Assembly (NCBI GenBank): GCA_963716475.1
Contig: OY970314.1
Span: 787,865-851,864 of the forward strand
DNA from: Candidatus Woesebacteria bacterium
GTDB taxonomy: Bacteria; Patescibacteriota; Microgenomatia; UBA8517
DNA length: 64,000 bases
Direction: 5' to 3'
The translations under genes and the position numbers were made by a program. This document shows positions 18,944 through 28,582 of this stretch, in pieces; position 1 is the first letter of the stretch, and every line of letters starts with the position of its first letter. The notes beneath the pieces are model-generated. The model was given only the letters and a program-made list of their open reading frames with translations, had not been told where the DNA came from and ran no database searches.

Positions 18944-19865
18944 GATTTTGTGTGCTGGTTATTTTCTGTCCCAACTGCATAAATGAAGAGAATACATTCC
19001 CCATCATGTTGTAAGCATTGGTTAAGTGCTTTTGCAGGGTTCCGAGATTTTCTTCGACTTTTCCATAATCGGATTTTATAGCACGAAGCGAGGATAGAAT
19101 TTCTTTTGCCTGATCTTCAATTTTTTGTCCTTCAAAACTCATTAAAATAGCTTTTAGGTAAGCATAAAAAGTTGTCGGGGAAACCGGAAGAACTCTTTTT
19201 TGACCTGCATAATCAAAAAGTTCCTGATTGTTTACAATTTCGTAATAAATCGACTCGGAAGGAATATACATTAAAGCATAATCAATTGTCCCCTCCTCAG
19301 TTAAAATATACTTCCTCGAAATATCGTCGATGTGTTTTCGCACATCCCTTTCAAAATCGTGTCCCGCAATTTTCTTTGAGGCATCGTCCCCCCCGCCTGA
19401 CATTTTTCTGAAGTTTTCCATGGGAAACTTTGAATCAACCGGAATAATCCCTCCCGAGGTTTTTATGGCAGCGTCAACTTTTTCACCCGATTTGAAAGTG
19501 TACTGAAGATTAAAAGATTCTTTCGGTAAAAACTGCTTTAAAAGTTCTTTCAAGACCTGTTCGCCAATGTTTCCTCTGAGTTTTGGCGAACTCAAAAATT
19601 CCTGGAGATCCTTCATTCCCCGCCCGATTTCGCTAAACTCGCCGATATTCTTTTGCACCTGTCCGATTACTCTAGCTGCATTGTCAAGCCGTTCATTGAA
19701 ATTTTTCGTCTGCTCGTTTAGCCTGGTATTTGTGGTTTTTAAATACTCCAGGAGCTCCTCGGAAGGTTTTTGTGATTCTTTTAAGTCGGTTAATTTTTTA
19801 TTGATAAAAACGGCTACAATAACCAAGGCCGCTAATACTATAATTAGAATAATAATCGGGTCCAT
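18903..19865 (-). CDS. rmuC: DNA recombination protein RmuC.
   Basis: N-terminal TM, a coiled-coil region, then ...PVDSKFPMENFRKM...YALMYIPSESIYYEI..., the RmuC family pattern. Confidence 0.75.
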   Translation of the reverse strand: MDPIIILIIVLAALVIVAVFINKKLTDLKESQKPSEELLEYLKTTNTRLNEQTKNFNERLDNAARVIGQVQKNIGEFSEIGRGMKDLQEFLSSPKLRGNIGEQVLKELLKQFLPKESFNLQYTFKSGEKVDAAIKTSGGIIPVDSKFPMENFRKMSGGGDDASKKIAGHDFERDVRKHIDDISRKYILTEEGTIDYALMYIPSESIYYEIVNNQELFDYAGQKRVLPVSPTTFYAYLKAILMSFEGQKIEDQAKEILSSLRAIKSDYGKVEENLGTLQKHLTNAYNMMGNVFSSFMQLGQKITSTQNLGGSAKKKELDDR

Positions 19866-19918
19866 AATTCAGACTATTCTACCATTTAAAAAATTAAATG
19901 GCCAAGACAGCTTAGTAT

Positions 19919-20260
19919 ATGCGTAAAAGAAAGAATTCACATAGGGAGGAGGCCCTCAAAAGGAAAAACTTCCTGCCGACGCTTCTTATTACAATTTTTC
20001 TTTGGTCAATTCTTGGGGGTCTTATCTATTTTATCGACCCCGGTTCTTTCGGAGCGATTTTCTTCTTTTTTATAACAATGTTCTTCTGTCTCCTTTTTAC
20101 TTTTTCACTGATTTTTGCAAACAGCCGGCGCGGGATTGTAGCAACAATTGCTATAACTTCTTTTCTTCTCCTAATGTACTTGGGAGTTGGTAACATTCTT
20201 AATCTTATTTTGATTGTTGCAATAGCTGTCTGTATCGAGTTATATTTCAGCTTGAGATGA
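19919..20260 (+). CDS. Small integral membrane protein, hypothetical.
   Basis: A 113-aa ORF with a basic N-terminus and three hydrophobic segments. Confidence 0.3.
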   Translation: MRKRKNSHREEALKRKNFLPTLLITIFLWSILGGLIYFIDPGSFGAIFFFFITMFFCLLFTFSLIFANSRRGIVATIAITSFLLLMYLGVGNILNLILIVAIAVCIELYFSLR

Positions 20261-20589
20261 ATCCCTCTCTTAAACGTCAACTACTCCGGACATTTTCTCA
20301 GATGATTGATGATTTGGATGAACCTAAAGAAGTTGAAACTTTTTTGAAAGATTTTTTTGATGACGAGGAACTTGCAAGATATGTGAAAAGACTTGCCATC
20401 ACCTACTGGCTGAAAAAGGGTAGGGATAAAGAAAATATTACTAGAAACCTGCAAGCTACCTCTAAAGAAATAACTGAAGCAGGAAGGTTACTCAAAAAGG
20501 AAGGGGTCAAGCTAGCCCTTAAAAAAATTGAGGCTGAAGAATGGGCCAGCGTCTGGGCTGAGAGGATCAAGAAATTGAGAAAGAACTAG
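20257..20589 (+). CDS. TrpR-like YerC/YecD-family putative DNA-binding protein.
   Basis: The pattern ETFLKDFFDDEELARYVKRLAITYWLKKG...LQATSKEITEAGRL resembles the YerC/YecD TrpR-like fold signature. It overlaps the upstream stop (ATGA). Confidence 0.45.
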   Translation: MNPSLKRQLLRTFSQMIDDLDEPKEVETFLKDFFDDEELARYVKRLAITYWLKKGRDKENITRNLQATSKEITEAGRLLKKEGVKLALKKIEAEEWASVWAERIKKLRKN

Positions 20590-20622
20590 CTTCAAATACC
20601 CTTCAGGCTGTACAATAGGGGC

Positions 20623-22044
20623 ATGGACAAGAAATTCTATATTACTACCACACTACCGTACGTGAATGCGGAGCCTCATATTGGCTTTGCGTTGGAAATT
20701 ATCCAGGCAGATGCTGTAGCTCGTTATCACAAACTGCTTGGGGAAGAAGTTATTTTTAACTTCGGAACGGATGAGCATGGTCAAAAAATCTACAAAAAGG
20801 CTCTTGAGGTCAAAAAAGATCCCCAAGAATATTGTGATGAGTATGCGGCCAAATTCGACGCCCTCAAAAAGGCCTTAAACCTCAGTTATACAAACTTTAT
20901 AAGGACTACCGATCCCAAACACGTCGAGGCAGCCCAGGAATTCTGGAAACTTTGTGATAAAAACGGCGACATTTACAAAAAGTCATATAAAACCAAATAC
21001 TGTGTGGGCTGTGAACTGGAAAAGACTGATTCAGAGCTTGTTGATGGCAAATGCCCCCTCCACCCCACCCAAGAACTTGAAATTATTGAGGAGGAAAATT
21101 ATTTCTTCAAATTCAGTAAATATCAGAAACCTCTTTTGGAATTTTACGAGAAAAATCCGGATTTTGTGATTCCGAAAGGGAAATTTAACGAAATTAAAAC
21201 TTTCGTTAAGGAAGGATTACAAGATTTCAGTATTTCCCGCCTTAAAAGTAAGATGCCCTGGGGAATTCCTGTACCGGATGATCCCGAGCAGGTAATGTAT
21301 GTTTGGTTTGATGCCCTCATCAACTATATTTCCACTCTCGGCTGGCCGAAAGATATAAAAAATTACGAAGGTTTCTGGCCCGGAATTCAGGTTGCGGGAA
21401 AAGATAATTTGCGTCAACAAAGCGCCATATGGCAGGCGATGCTTGCTTCGGCGGGATTACCTTTTTCCAAACAGATTTTTATCCATGGATTTATAACTGT
21501 TAACGGACAAAAAATAAGTAAAAGCCTAGGGAATACCATTAACCCGATTGAAGTTGCTGAAAAATACGGAACGGATGCCCTCCGCTACTATCTTCTGGCC
21601 AAAATTAACCCCTACGACGACTCGGACTTTACTTTTGAAAAATTCGAGGAGGTCTACAATGGAGATTTGGCAAACGGGCTCGGAAATTTGGTAGCACGCA
21701 CAATGCAACTTGCGCAGACATATTTAGAAAAAGGGACCCGTCCGGAACCTACAAAATTACCCGAGGAATATACCAAGGCAATTGACAAATTCGAATTCAA
21801 TAAAGCCCTTGAAATGGTGTGGAGTCTTATCCAAAAATTAGATACAAAGATTACCGAAACTGAGCCGTTTAAATTGGTCAAGACTAACCTAGAAGCCGGT
21901 AAAAAATTAATTTTTGATTTAACACAAGAATTATATTTCATCGGACGATTGCTAAATCCTTTTCTTCCGGAAACCAATGCAATAATTAAAGATGCTGTTA
22001 TTGCAAATATTAAACCAAAGTCCCTTTTCCCCCATTTAAGTTAA
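20623..22044 (+). CDS. metG: Methionyl-tRNA synthetase, minimal form without the C-terminal tRNA-binding domain.
   Basis: TLPYVNAEPHIGFALEIIQADAVARYHKLLGEEVIFNFGTDEHGQKI, Cys-rich knuckle CVGCE...CPLH, and KMSKS-type KISKSLGN. Length 473 aa. Confidence 0.9.
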   Translation: MDKKFYITTTLPYVNAEPHIGFALEIIQADAVARYHKLLGEEVIFNFGTDEHGQKIYKKALEVKKDPQEYCDEYAAKFDALKKALNLSYTNFIRTTDPKHVEAAQEFWKLCDKNGDIYKKSYKTKYCVGCELEKTDSELVDGKCPLHPTQELEIIEEENYFFKFSKYQKPLLEFYEKNPDFVIPKGKFNEIKTFVKEGLQDFSISRLKSKMPWGIPVPDDPEQVMYVWFDALINYISTLGWPKDIKNYEGFWPGIQVAGKDNLRQQSAIWQAMLASAGLPFSKQIFIHGFITVNGQKISKSLGNTINPIEVAEKYGTDALRYYLLAKINPYDDSDFTFEKFEEVYNGDLANGLGNLVARTMQLAQTYLEKGTRPEPTKLPEEYTKAIDKFEFNKALEMVWSLIQKLDTKITETEPFKLVKTNLEAGKKLIFDLTQELYFIGRLLNPFLPETNAIIKDAVIANIKPKSLFPHLS

Positions 22045-22052
22045 AATTAAAT

Positions 22053-23543
22053 ATGCGCGAATTTATAATTAGGCATGAGAAAGGCATTCTGCGCGTCCTG
22101 GAAATATTGCCCGGCTTTGTCTCCTGGAATCTGATTCTTCTTCCCTACTGGGGAATTTTTGTTTTTCCGGTATTTGTTGCCTACTTTATACTTTTTTTCA
22201 ACATTTACTGGTTTTACCAATCCCTTCAAATTGCCGTTTCTTCAATTATTTCCCATACGCGCATACAGGCCGCAAAAATCTACGACTGGATGGGAGATGT
22301 TAGAGGTTTTCCCGATTGGGAAAAAGTCCGGCATGTTGTGATTATTCCAACTTATAAAGAACCACTTTATATTCTTGAAAGAACACTCGATTCTCTTGCA
22401 GCCCAGGAATTTCCGACCAAACAAATAATTCCTGTATTGGCCATGGAGGGAAAAGAAACAATCCAAGATAGGAATGCCAAATGGGAAGTGCTGAAAGCCA
22501 AATATTCAAGAGTTTTTCGGCATATGTTCATGACTGTACACGAGCTCGAATTGGGAGAGGTTTCCGGCAAGGCTTCAAACGAAAGGTTCGCGGCAATTTG
22601 GGTTAAAGAGAACTACATAGATCCGAATAAATTAGAAATTGACTATTTTACAGTCTCTTCCTGCGATGCAGACCATAAATTTCATCCCAAGCATTTCGCT
22701 TGTCTGACATACAAATTCTTAGATAACCCGAACCGCTACAAAACATTTTGGCAACCTTCCGTCATGTTCTACAACAACATCTGGGAAATACCGGCAATTA
22801 CGCGTGTCCCAAACACCCTGATGACAATTTGGAATCTTTCCCAACTTGCACGCAAAGACCGTCTGATTAACGCCCAAAATTATTGCCTGTCTTTTAAACT
22901 TCTTTACGAGGTCGGATATTGGGATGCCGATAAGATTCCGGAAGATTGGGGAATATTTTTCAAGGCTTTTTTCAAAAAGGGGGGCGGAATAGAGGTTGAG
23001 CCAATTTATCTTCCTTTAATGGCTGATGCAGCCCAATCTACTTCCTTCTGGAAAACAATAGTTAATCAATACCAGCAAATTCAAAGGTGGGCTTGGGGTG
23101 TAAGCGATGATCCCTGGATAATTAAAAGCTATTTTTTGGCCCGCAATATTCCTTTCTGGGACAAAACCACACGCCTCTTCCAAGTTATCTGGGCCCACTT
23201 TCTCTGGCCTGTCAACTGGTTTCTTATTACAATCGGTTTGACTCTCCCCACTCTTCTTAACCCGGCTTTCGGAAGAACCGCATTGGGCTACACCGTCCCC
23301 AAGCTTTCATCCTTCATTCTGACAGTCTCACTTGTGTTTCTCCTTATCATGATAATCATTGATAACATTCATAAACCCAAAAGGCCGAATAAGGTTTCGC
23401 TTTTCAGAGTGCTATTAACTCCGTTTGAATTTATCCTTATGCCCATTGCAGGATTTTTCTTCTCGGCTCTTCCGGGCCTTGACGCACACACCCGGCTGAT
23501 GTTGGGCAAATACATAGAGTATAGGGTCACTGAAAAAGTGTAA
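22053..23543 (+). CDS. Processive family-2 glycosyltransferase (cellulose/chitin/hyaluronan-synthase-like) integral membrane protein.
   Basis: Two N-terminal TMs are followed by VVIIPTYKEPLYILERTLDSLAAQ, then SCDADHKF (DxD), then QQIQRWAWG (QxxRW), then a C-terminal TM bundle. Confidence 0.7.
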   Translation: MREFIIRHEKGILRVLEILPGFVSWNLILLPYWGIFVFPVFVAYFILFFNIYWFYQSLQIAVSSIISHTRIQAAKIYDWMGDVRGFPDWEKVRHVVIIPTYKEPLYILERTLDSLAAQEFPTKQIIPVLAMEGKETIQDRNAKWEVLKAKYSRVFRHMFMTVHELELGEVSGKASNERFAAIWVKENYIDPNKLEIDYFTVSSCDADHKFHPKHFACLTYKFLDNPNRYKTFWQPSVMFYNNIWEIPAITRVPNTLMTIWNLSQLARKDRLINAQNYCLSFKLLYEVGYWDADKIPEDWGIFFKAFFKKGGGIEVEPIYLPLMADAAQSTSFWKTIVNQYQQIQRWAWGVSDDPWIIKSYFLARNIPFWDKTTRLFQVIWAHFLWPVNWFLITIGLTLPTLLNPAFGRTALGYTVPKLSSFILTVSLVFLLIMIIIDNIHKPKRPNKVSLFRVLLTPFEFILMPIAGFFFSALPGLDAHTRLMLGKYIEYRVTEKV

Positions 23544-23648
23544 AGTTATTGACCCTATACTATATCTCTTAGTTCACTTCATTTCTCAAAATAGACATTT
23601 TTCGAAAGCCGTGAACTGCGAGATTGAGTATCGTGTAACCGAAAAAGT

Positions 23649-24590
23649 CTAGAGGAATTTGTAGTACTCAATCGTTTTTTGAAGACCTTCTTCTAAATTT
23701 ACTTTTGGCTCCCAACACAGAACCTTTTTAGCTTTGGTAATGTCCGGTTGCCTTCTCATGGGATCATCCTTTCTGAAAGTTCCGCTGTATTTAATTTGGG
23801 ATTTGGAGTCTGTAAGCTTAATAATTTTGTCAGCCAGTTCCTTTACTTTGTATTCCTCGGGGTTCCCTAAATTAAATATCTCACCCTTGGTACCATCAGA
23901 AAACATGGCTTTTACAATTCCTTCCACCATATCATCGACATAACAAAAGGACCGGGTCTGACTTCCGTCACCGTCGATACTTACAACATCGCCCGAAAGC
24001 GATTCGTTGATAAAATTTGAAACAACTCTCCCATCATCTTTTTGCATCCGTGGCCCATAGGTATTAAAAATTCTCACTATCCGCGCGTCCAAGTTGTATT
24101 TATGAATATAAACGTAAGTTGCGGCTTCGGCAAATCTTTTGCTTTCATCGTAACAGGAACGAGGTCCAAAAGTATTTACATTTCCAAAGTATGTCTCTTT
24201 TTGTGGATGCTCCTTAGGATCTCCATAAACTTCGGATGTCGAGGCAACGAGGACCTTGGAGGCGATCTTTTTTGCCAGTTCTAATATTTTTAATATACCC
24301 GTAGAATTGGCCATAAGTGTTTCTTCCGGATAATTTTGATAATCAACAGGTGAGGCCGGCGAAGCCAGATGAAAAATACAATCTAAACCCGAAGTGTCTA
24401 GATCAAGAGGTTTTGTAATATCGGCTTCGACAAATTCAAAATTGGGGTCACCCAAAAGGTGCTTAATATTTTCCTTTGTGCCAGTAAGAAGATTGTCAAG
24501 ACAGATAACTTTATAACCATTATCAACCAAAAAGTCGCAAAGGTGGGAGCCAATGAATCCCGCCCCCCCGGTAACCAAAACGCTTTGCAT
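23649..24590 (-). CDS. uxs: UDP-glucuronate decarboxylase (UDP-xylose synthase), an NAD-dependent SDR.
   Basis: MQSVLVTGGAGFIGSHLCD...ASTSEVYGDP...CYDESKRFAE...RIFNTYGPRM is near-canonical UXS. Confidence 0.85.
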   Translation of the reverse strand: MQSVLVTGGAGFIGSHLCDFLVDNGYKVICLDNLLTGTKENIKHLLGDPNFEFVEADITKPLDLDTSGLDCIFHLASPASPVDYQNYPEETLMANSTGILKILELAKKIASKVLVASTSEVYGDPKEHPQKETYFGNVNTFGPRSCYDESKRFAEAATYVYIHKYNLDARIVRIFNTYGPRMQKDDGRVVSNFINESLSGDVVSIDGDGSQTRSFCYVDDMVEGIVKAMFSDGTKGEIFNLGNPEEYKVKELADKIIKLTDSKSQIKYSGTFRKDDPMRRQPDITKAKKVLCWEPKVNLEEGLQKTIEYYKFL

Positions 24591-26163
24591 ATGGGCAAAT
24601 TATACCATAAGCGAAGCTTGGCCATTTCTCAGAGAAATGGTAATATGGTTATATATGAAATCGGTTTGGGATAAACTTCATATCCTTTCGGAAAAACTTC
24701 GTATTCCCTCTCTCCCCAATTGGCTTGTCGGAATTCTGGCGCTTGTCTTTATTCTTAGAATCCCCTCTTTCTTCGAACCTTATTATTACGGCGACGAGAT
24801 GGTTTATCTGACTCTGGGCCAGGGGGTAAGACAAGGCCTTACGCTTTACAAAGATATCCACGACAATAAACCCCCTCTTTTGTATTTGACAGCAGCTGTA
24901 GCCGGAAATCTTTTCTGGTTTAAAATCATCTTGGCTTTTTGGAGTCTTATCACAGTTGTTGTTTTCTATAAACTCACAAAGCTCTTATTTGAAAGTAACC
25001 AAAAAGCACAAAAGATTGCGACTATTCTTTTCGGGCTTTTGACAACACTTCCACTTCTTGAGGGTCTTACTATCAATTCCGAACTCTTCATGATAGTTTT
25101 TACTATTTTGGCGTTTATTATACTGCTCAAGAAAGATGTCAAGTCGAACGGAATATTTTTGGCTGGGGTCTTTTTCGGCTTGGGAACTCTCTTCAAAATT
25201 CCCGCCGCATTTGATGCACCCGTTATCGTCTTTTATTGGTTAATTACCACGGGACTGGGCAATTGGAGAAAAATATTCAAAGACACATCCATGCTTATTG
25301 CAGGATTTACTACACCGCTTCTAATAACTTTTATTTGGTACTTTTTTAAAGGGGCTCTACCTGAGTACCTCAGAGCCGCATTTTTACAAAATGTCGGTTA
25401 TTTAAGCAGTTTCAGACCGGGAGATGTCCAAAAGTCATTTTTGGTACGGAATGCGCCACTTCTTATCCGAGGGTTTGTCGTACTTTTCGGATCATCAATT
25501 ATTTTTATATTTCGAAAAAAACTTTCGAATAAATTTGTTTTATTCTCTCTCTGGACTCTTTTTGCACTATTTGCAATTACCCTTTCGGAACGGCCATATC
25601 CGCATTATTTAATTCAGATGATTGCACCGATTTCACTTCTTTTGGCTACATTCTTTAGTGAAAAAAGCTTGGAACAATCTCTTGCTGTTATTCCCCTCGC
25701 TCTGGCATTTTTTGTACCGGTTTTTTATAAATTCTGGCTGTATCCGACGAGCAGTTATTATCTGCGTTTCATTAATTTTGCAATACATAGGCAAACGAAA
25801 GCCGAATATTTCAATGGTTTTTCCCCCACCACCAATAGAAATTATGAAATTGCTCAGTTTTTAGCTACATCAAGTGAGGTTTCCGACCGTGTATTTATGT
25901 GGGGACCGGATTCCGCCACTGTCTATGCACTCGCCAAGCGCCTCCCCCCGATTAAATACGTTGTTGATTATCACATACTGGACTATTCCTCAAAGGCACA
26001 GGAAGCCAAAAATATTGCCTCCAACCCTCCAAGGTTCATAATATTAACCAGTGACAATCCGTACCAAGAACTAAGGCCCCTAATCAGACAAAAATATATA
26101 TTGGTCAACACAATTGAAAATGCCAATATATATTCAAGGGTAAATTTTGCTCCAGAAAAGTGA
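24553..26163 (+). CDS. GT-C family glycosyltransferase (ArnT-like, GT83/39).
   Basis: A loop motif PSFFEPYYYGDEMVYLTLGQG after TM1 with DIHDNKPPLLYL, then 12+ TMs. Alternative starts at 24637 and 24655 would avoid overlap with uxs. Confidence 0.6.
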   Translation: MNPAPPVTKTLCIWANYTISEAWPFLREMVIWLYMKSVWDKLHILSEKLRIPSLPNWLVGILALVFILRIPSFFEPYYYGDEMVYLTLGQGVRQGLTLYKDIHDNKPPLLYLTAAVAGNLFWFKIILAFWSLITVVVFYKLTKLLFESNQKAQKIATILFGLLTTLPLLEGLTINSELFMIVFTILAFIILLKKDVKSNGIFLAGVFFGLGTLFKIPAAFDAPVIVFYWLITTGLGNWRKIFKDTSMLIAGFTTPLLITFIWYFFKGALPEYLRAAFLQNVGYLSSFRPGDVQKSFLVRNAPLLIRGFVVLFGSSIIFIFRKKLSNKFVLFSLWTLFALFAITLSERPYPHYLIQMIAPISLLLATFFSEKSLEQSLAVIPLALAFFVPVFYKFWLYPTSSYYLRFINFAIHRQTKAEYFNGFSPTTNRNYEIAQFLATSSEVSDRVFMWGPDSATVYALAKRLPPIKYVVDYHILDYSSKAQEAKNIASNPPRFIILTSDNPYQELRPLIRQKYILVNTIENANIYSRVNFAPEK

Positions 26164-26215
26164 ATGTTGGTCTGTTTTGGAAATATCCGGAAGTATCGTA
26201 CAATAGGAGACGCGT

Positions 26216-26548
26216 ATGTGGAAAAAAGTGCCTTACAGGAACTACTTTCTGACGGCAATTGTAATTAATTTCGGTGTCCTTGCCACGTTAATTCTTCTTA
26301 AAAGTTTTCTGCCACCCCTCGCACCGCTTTTTTACGGACGTCCGGCAGGCGAAGCGCAACTCACAAATACGCTTGGCCTTCTTATCACTCCAGGTGTATC
26401 ACTCCTAATAACAATAATAAATTTACTTCTTTGCTCCTGGATTAAGGACACTTTTCTGGAAAAACTTTTGGCCGTTTCTACTGTTGTCGTGTCCGTGCTA
26501 ACGGCCATCACTATAATTAAGATTATTCTCTTGGTAGGCTTTTTTTAA
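26216..26548 (+). CDS. Small polytopic membrane protein, hypothetical.
   Basis: 110 aa with 3-4 hydrophobic segments, immediately upstream of the WecA-like gene. Confidence 0.3.
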   Translation: MWKKVPYRNYFLTAIVINFGVLATLILLKSFLPPLAPLFYGRPAGEAQLTNTLGLLITPGVSLLITIINLLLCSWIKDTFLEKLLAVSTVVVSVLTAITIIKIILLVGFF

Positions 26549-26556
26549 ATCCGGCT

Positions 26557-27648
26557 ATGAATAATTTACGTAATCTTTTTCTCCTCCCCTGGCTCGTAGC
26601 TGCCATTGTGGCGTTTCTTACAACCCCACTTGTAATAAAGTTCGCCGGGAAAATCGGAATAATAGATGATCCGAGACATAATAAGCATCCGAAAGTGATC
26701 CACACCTACCCTGTTCCCAGGGGCGGGGGGATCCCTATTTTTTTGGCGCTCCTGGTTAGCAGCCTTTTTTTTCTGCCGATCGATAAGCATGCTGTAGGGA
26801 TATTAATCGGGGCTGCAATTTTAGTCGTAATGGGGACGCTAGATGACAAATTAAATCTCAATCCCTACCTACGATTGGCTTTGGGTTTTGTGGCCGCTGC
26901 AGCTCCGATTGCAGCCGGAATCGGAATCTCCTTCATTTCCAACCCTCTGGGAGGAATAATTAACTTAAGTCAGCCCCAAATCAGCTTTACCCTCCTAGGG
27001 GCTACTCATACTATCTGGGTTTTTTCGGACATATTCGCACTTATTTGGATTACTTTCCTCATGAATATGGTAAATATGGGGGCCAAGGGAGTCGACGGAC
27101 AGCTTAGCGGCGTAACTGTGATTGCAGCGTTAACCATTGCTTTCCTTTCTCTGAGATTTTCTGCAGACATCACTCAATGGCCAGTAATAATCCTGGCAGC
27201 AATTACGGCAGGAGCATACTTAGGATTTTTGCCGTGGCATATATTTCCCCAAAAAATTATGCCGGGTTATGGGGGAAGCACTATGGCCGGATACCTTCTG
27301 GCAGTTCTTTCAATTCTCTCTACAACTAAAGTAGGGGCACTTATGGTGGTTCTCGGAATTCCGCTTATCGATACAGGCTACACCATCGTAAGGCGCATTG
27401 CGGGTGGCAAATCCCCCGTTTGGGGCGATAGAGGGCATCTCCACCATAGACTCCTCGACGCAGGGCTAACAAAAAGACAGGTAGCATATTTTTACTGGGG
27501 AATCACAGCAATTTTGGGATTCCTTGCTCTTAATTTGAATACTGCCACAAAGCTCTATACAATGATCGGTGTGGCCCTTGGAATTGGAGGACTTATCGTA
27601 TGGCTGACGTCACGACCGAAACTGACAGAAAAACAAAAGACTCCTTAA
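26557..27648 (+). CDS. Polyprenyl-phosphate N-acetylhexosamine-1-phosphate transferase (GT4 MraY/WecA/TagO family).
   Basis: LDDKLNLNP (DDxxD), NMVNMGAKGVDGQLSG and C-terminal GDRGHLHHRLLDAGLTKRQ match WecA/TagO motifs. Confidence 0.75.
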   Translation: MNNLRNLFLLPWLVAAIVAFLTTPLVIKFAGKIGIIDDPRHNKHPKVIHTYPVPRGGGIPIFLALLVSSLFFLPIDKHAVGILIGAAILVVMGTLDDKLNLNPYLRLALGFVAAAAPIAAGIGISFISNPLGGIINLSQPQISFTLLGATHTIWVFSDIFALIWITFLMNMVNMGAKGVDGQLSGVTVIAALTIAFLSLRFSADITQWPVIILAAITAGAYLGFLPWHIFPQKIMPGYGGSTMAGYLLAVLSILSTTKVGALMVVLGIPLIDTGYTIVRRIAGGKSPVWGDRGHLHHRLLDAGLTKRQVAYFYWGITAILGFLALNLNTATKLYTMIGVALGIGGLIVWLTSRPKLTEKQKTP

Positions 27649-28580
27649 TTATTGGCGCATTCAAGGCTATGCGGCCGGTACATTGGATAAAAAATCTTTC
27701 GCTGTTTGCCGCGGTTTTCCTTTCCGGGACCATGTTTGACAAGGGGCAATTCGAAAAAGTCGTCTGGGCTTTTATCGCTTTTTGCCTGGTAACATCGGCT
27801 ACATATTTAATTAATGACGTCTTCGATGTGAAGGCTGACAGGCTCCATCCGACTAAAAAATTCCGGCCTGTTGCCTCGGGGTCGCTCCCTATTTCCGTAG
27901 CTCTTATTGAGGCTATTATTCTCGCCCTATCTTCAATCTTTATTGCAATCCTGGGCGGACTAAACTCGCTTTTCCTTTCGGTTATTGTCGTCTACCTTAT
28001 TATGCAGTTTTTCTATAGTGCAGGGCTTAAAAATGTTGCAATTCTCGATATTATTATCATCGCCGCCGGATTCGTATTAAGAGTGTACGCGGGTGCATTT
28101 GCAATTGATGCCCATCTTTCAGCCTGGTTTTTGCTTTGCGTGATTTCCGCCGCTCTTTTTCTGGCTTCGGGCAAAAGGAGAGCAGAAATTAATATTGCCC
28201 AAAATTTTAACTACGCTACCAGAAAAAGCTTAGGAACTTACAAAAAGGAACTTCTTAATTCTTACGTCACCATGTTTGGCAACGCTTCCTGGATGAGCTG
28301 GGCTCTTTTTACATTTTTTGAAAGCCCAAAAGCCTCACTTCCTTTTTGGTTGGCTCTGGCCGAGCTTTCCCGAACTACGACTATCGATAAGCTTTTAATG
28401 TCTACAATTCCTATCACAATTTTTGGAATAATGAGATATGAGTCTTTGATTTTCGAAGGTAAAAGTGAAACACCGGAAAAACTTCTTTTGACCGATAGAT
28501 CCCTTATAATTGCAGTCGGACTTTGGCTCCTCTTTATTTACTGGGTTCTTTATAGCGGCGTTTCTGCTACTGGTATTTAA
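27600..28580 (+). CDS. UbiA-family prenyl-phosphate phosphoribosyltransferase (decaprenyl-phosphate 5-phosphoribosyltransferase / DPPR synthase-like).
   Basis: LINDVFDVKADRLHPTKKFRPVASGSL closely follows the Rv3806c-type NDxxDxxxD...HPTKRFRP signature, with 8-9 TMs. GGAGGA lies 8 nt upstream of ATG 27600; an alternative ATG at 27669 avoids the 49-nt overlap with the upstream gene. Confidence 0.65.
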   Translation: MADVTTETDRKTKDSLIIGAFKAMRPVHWIKNLSLFAAVFLSGTMFDKGQFEKVVWAFIAFCLVTSATYLINDVFDVKADRLHPTKKFRPVASGSLPISVALIEAIILALSSIFIAILGGLNSLFLSVIVVYLIMQFFYSAGLKNVAILDIIIIAAGFVLRVYAGAFAIDAHLSAWFLLCVISAALFLASGKRRAEINIAQNFNYATRKSLGTYKKELLNSYVTMFGNASWMSWALFTFFESPKASLPFWLALAELSRTTTIDKLLMSTIPITIFGIMRYESLIFEGKSETPEKLLLTDRSLIIAVGLWLLFIYWVLYSGVSATGI

Positions 28581-28582
28581 TA

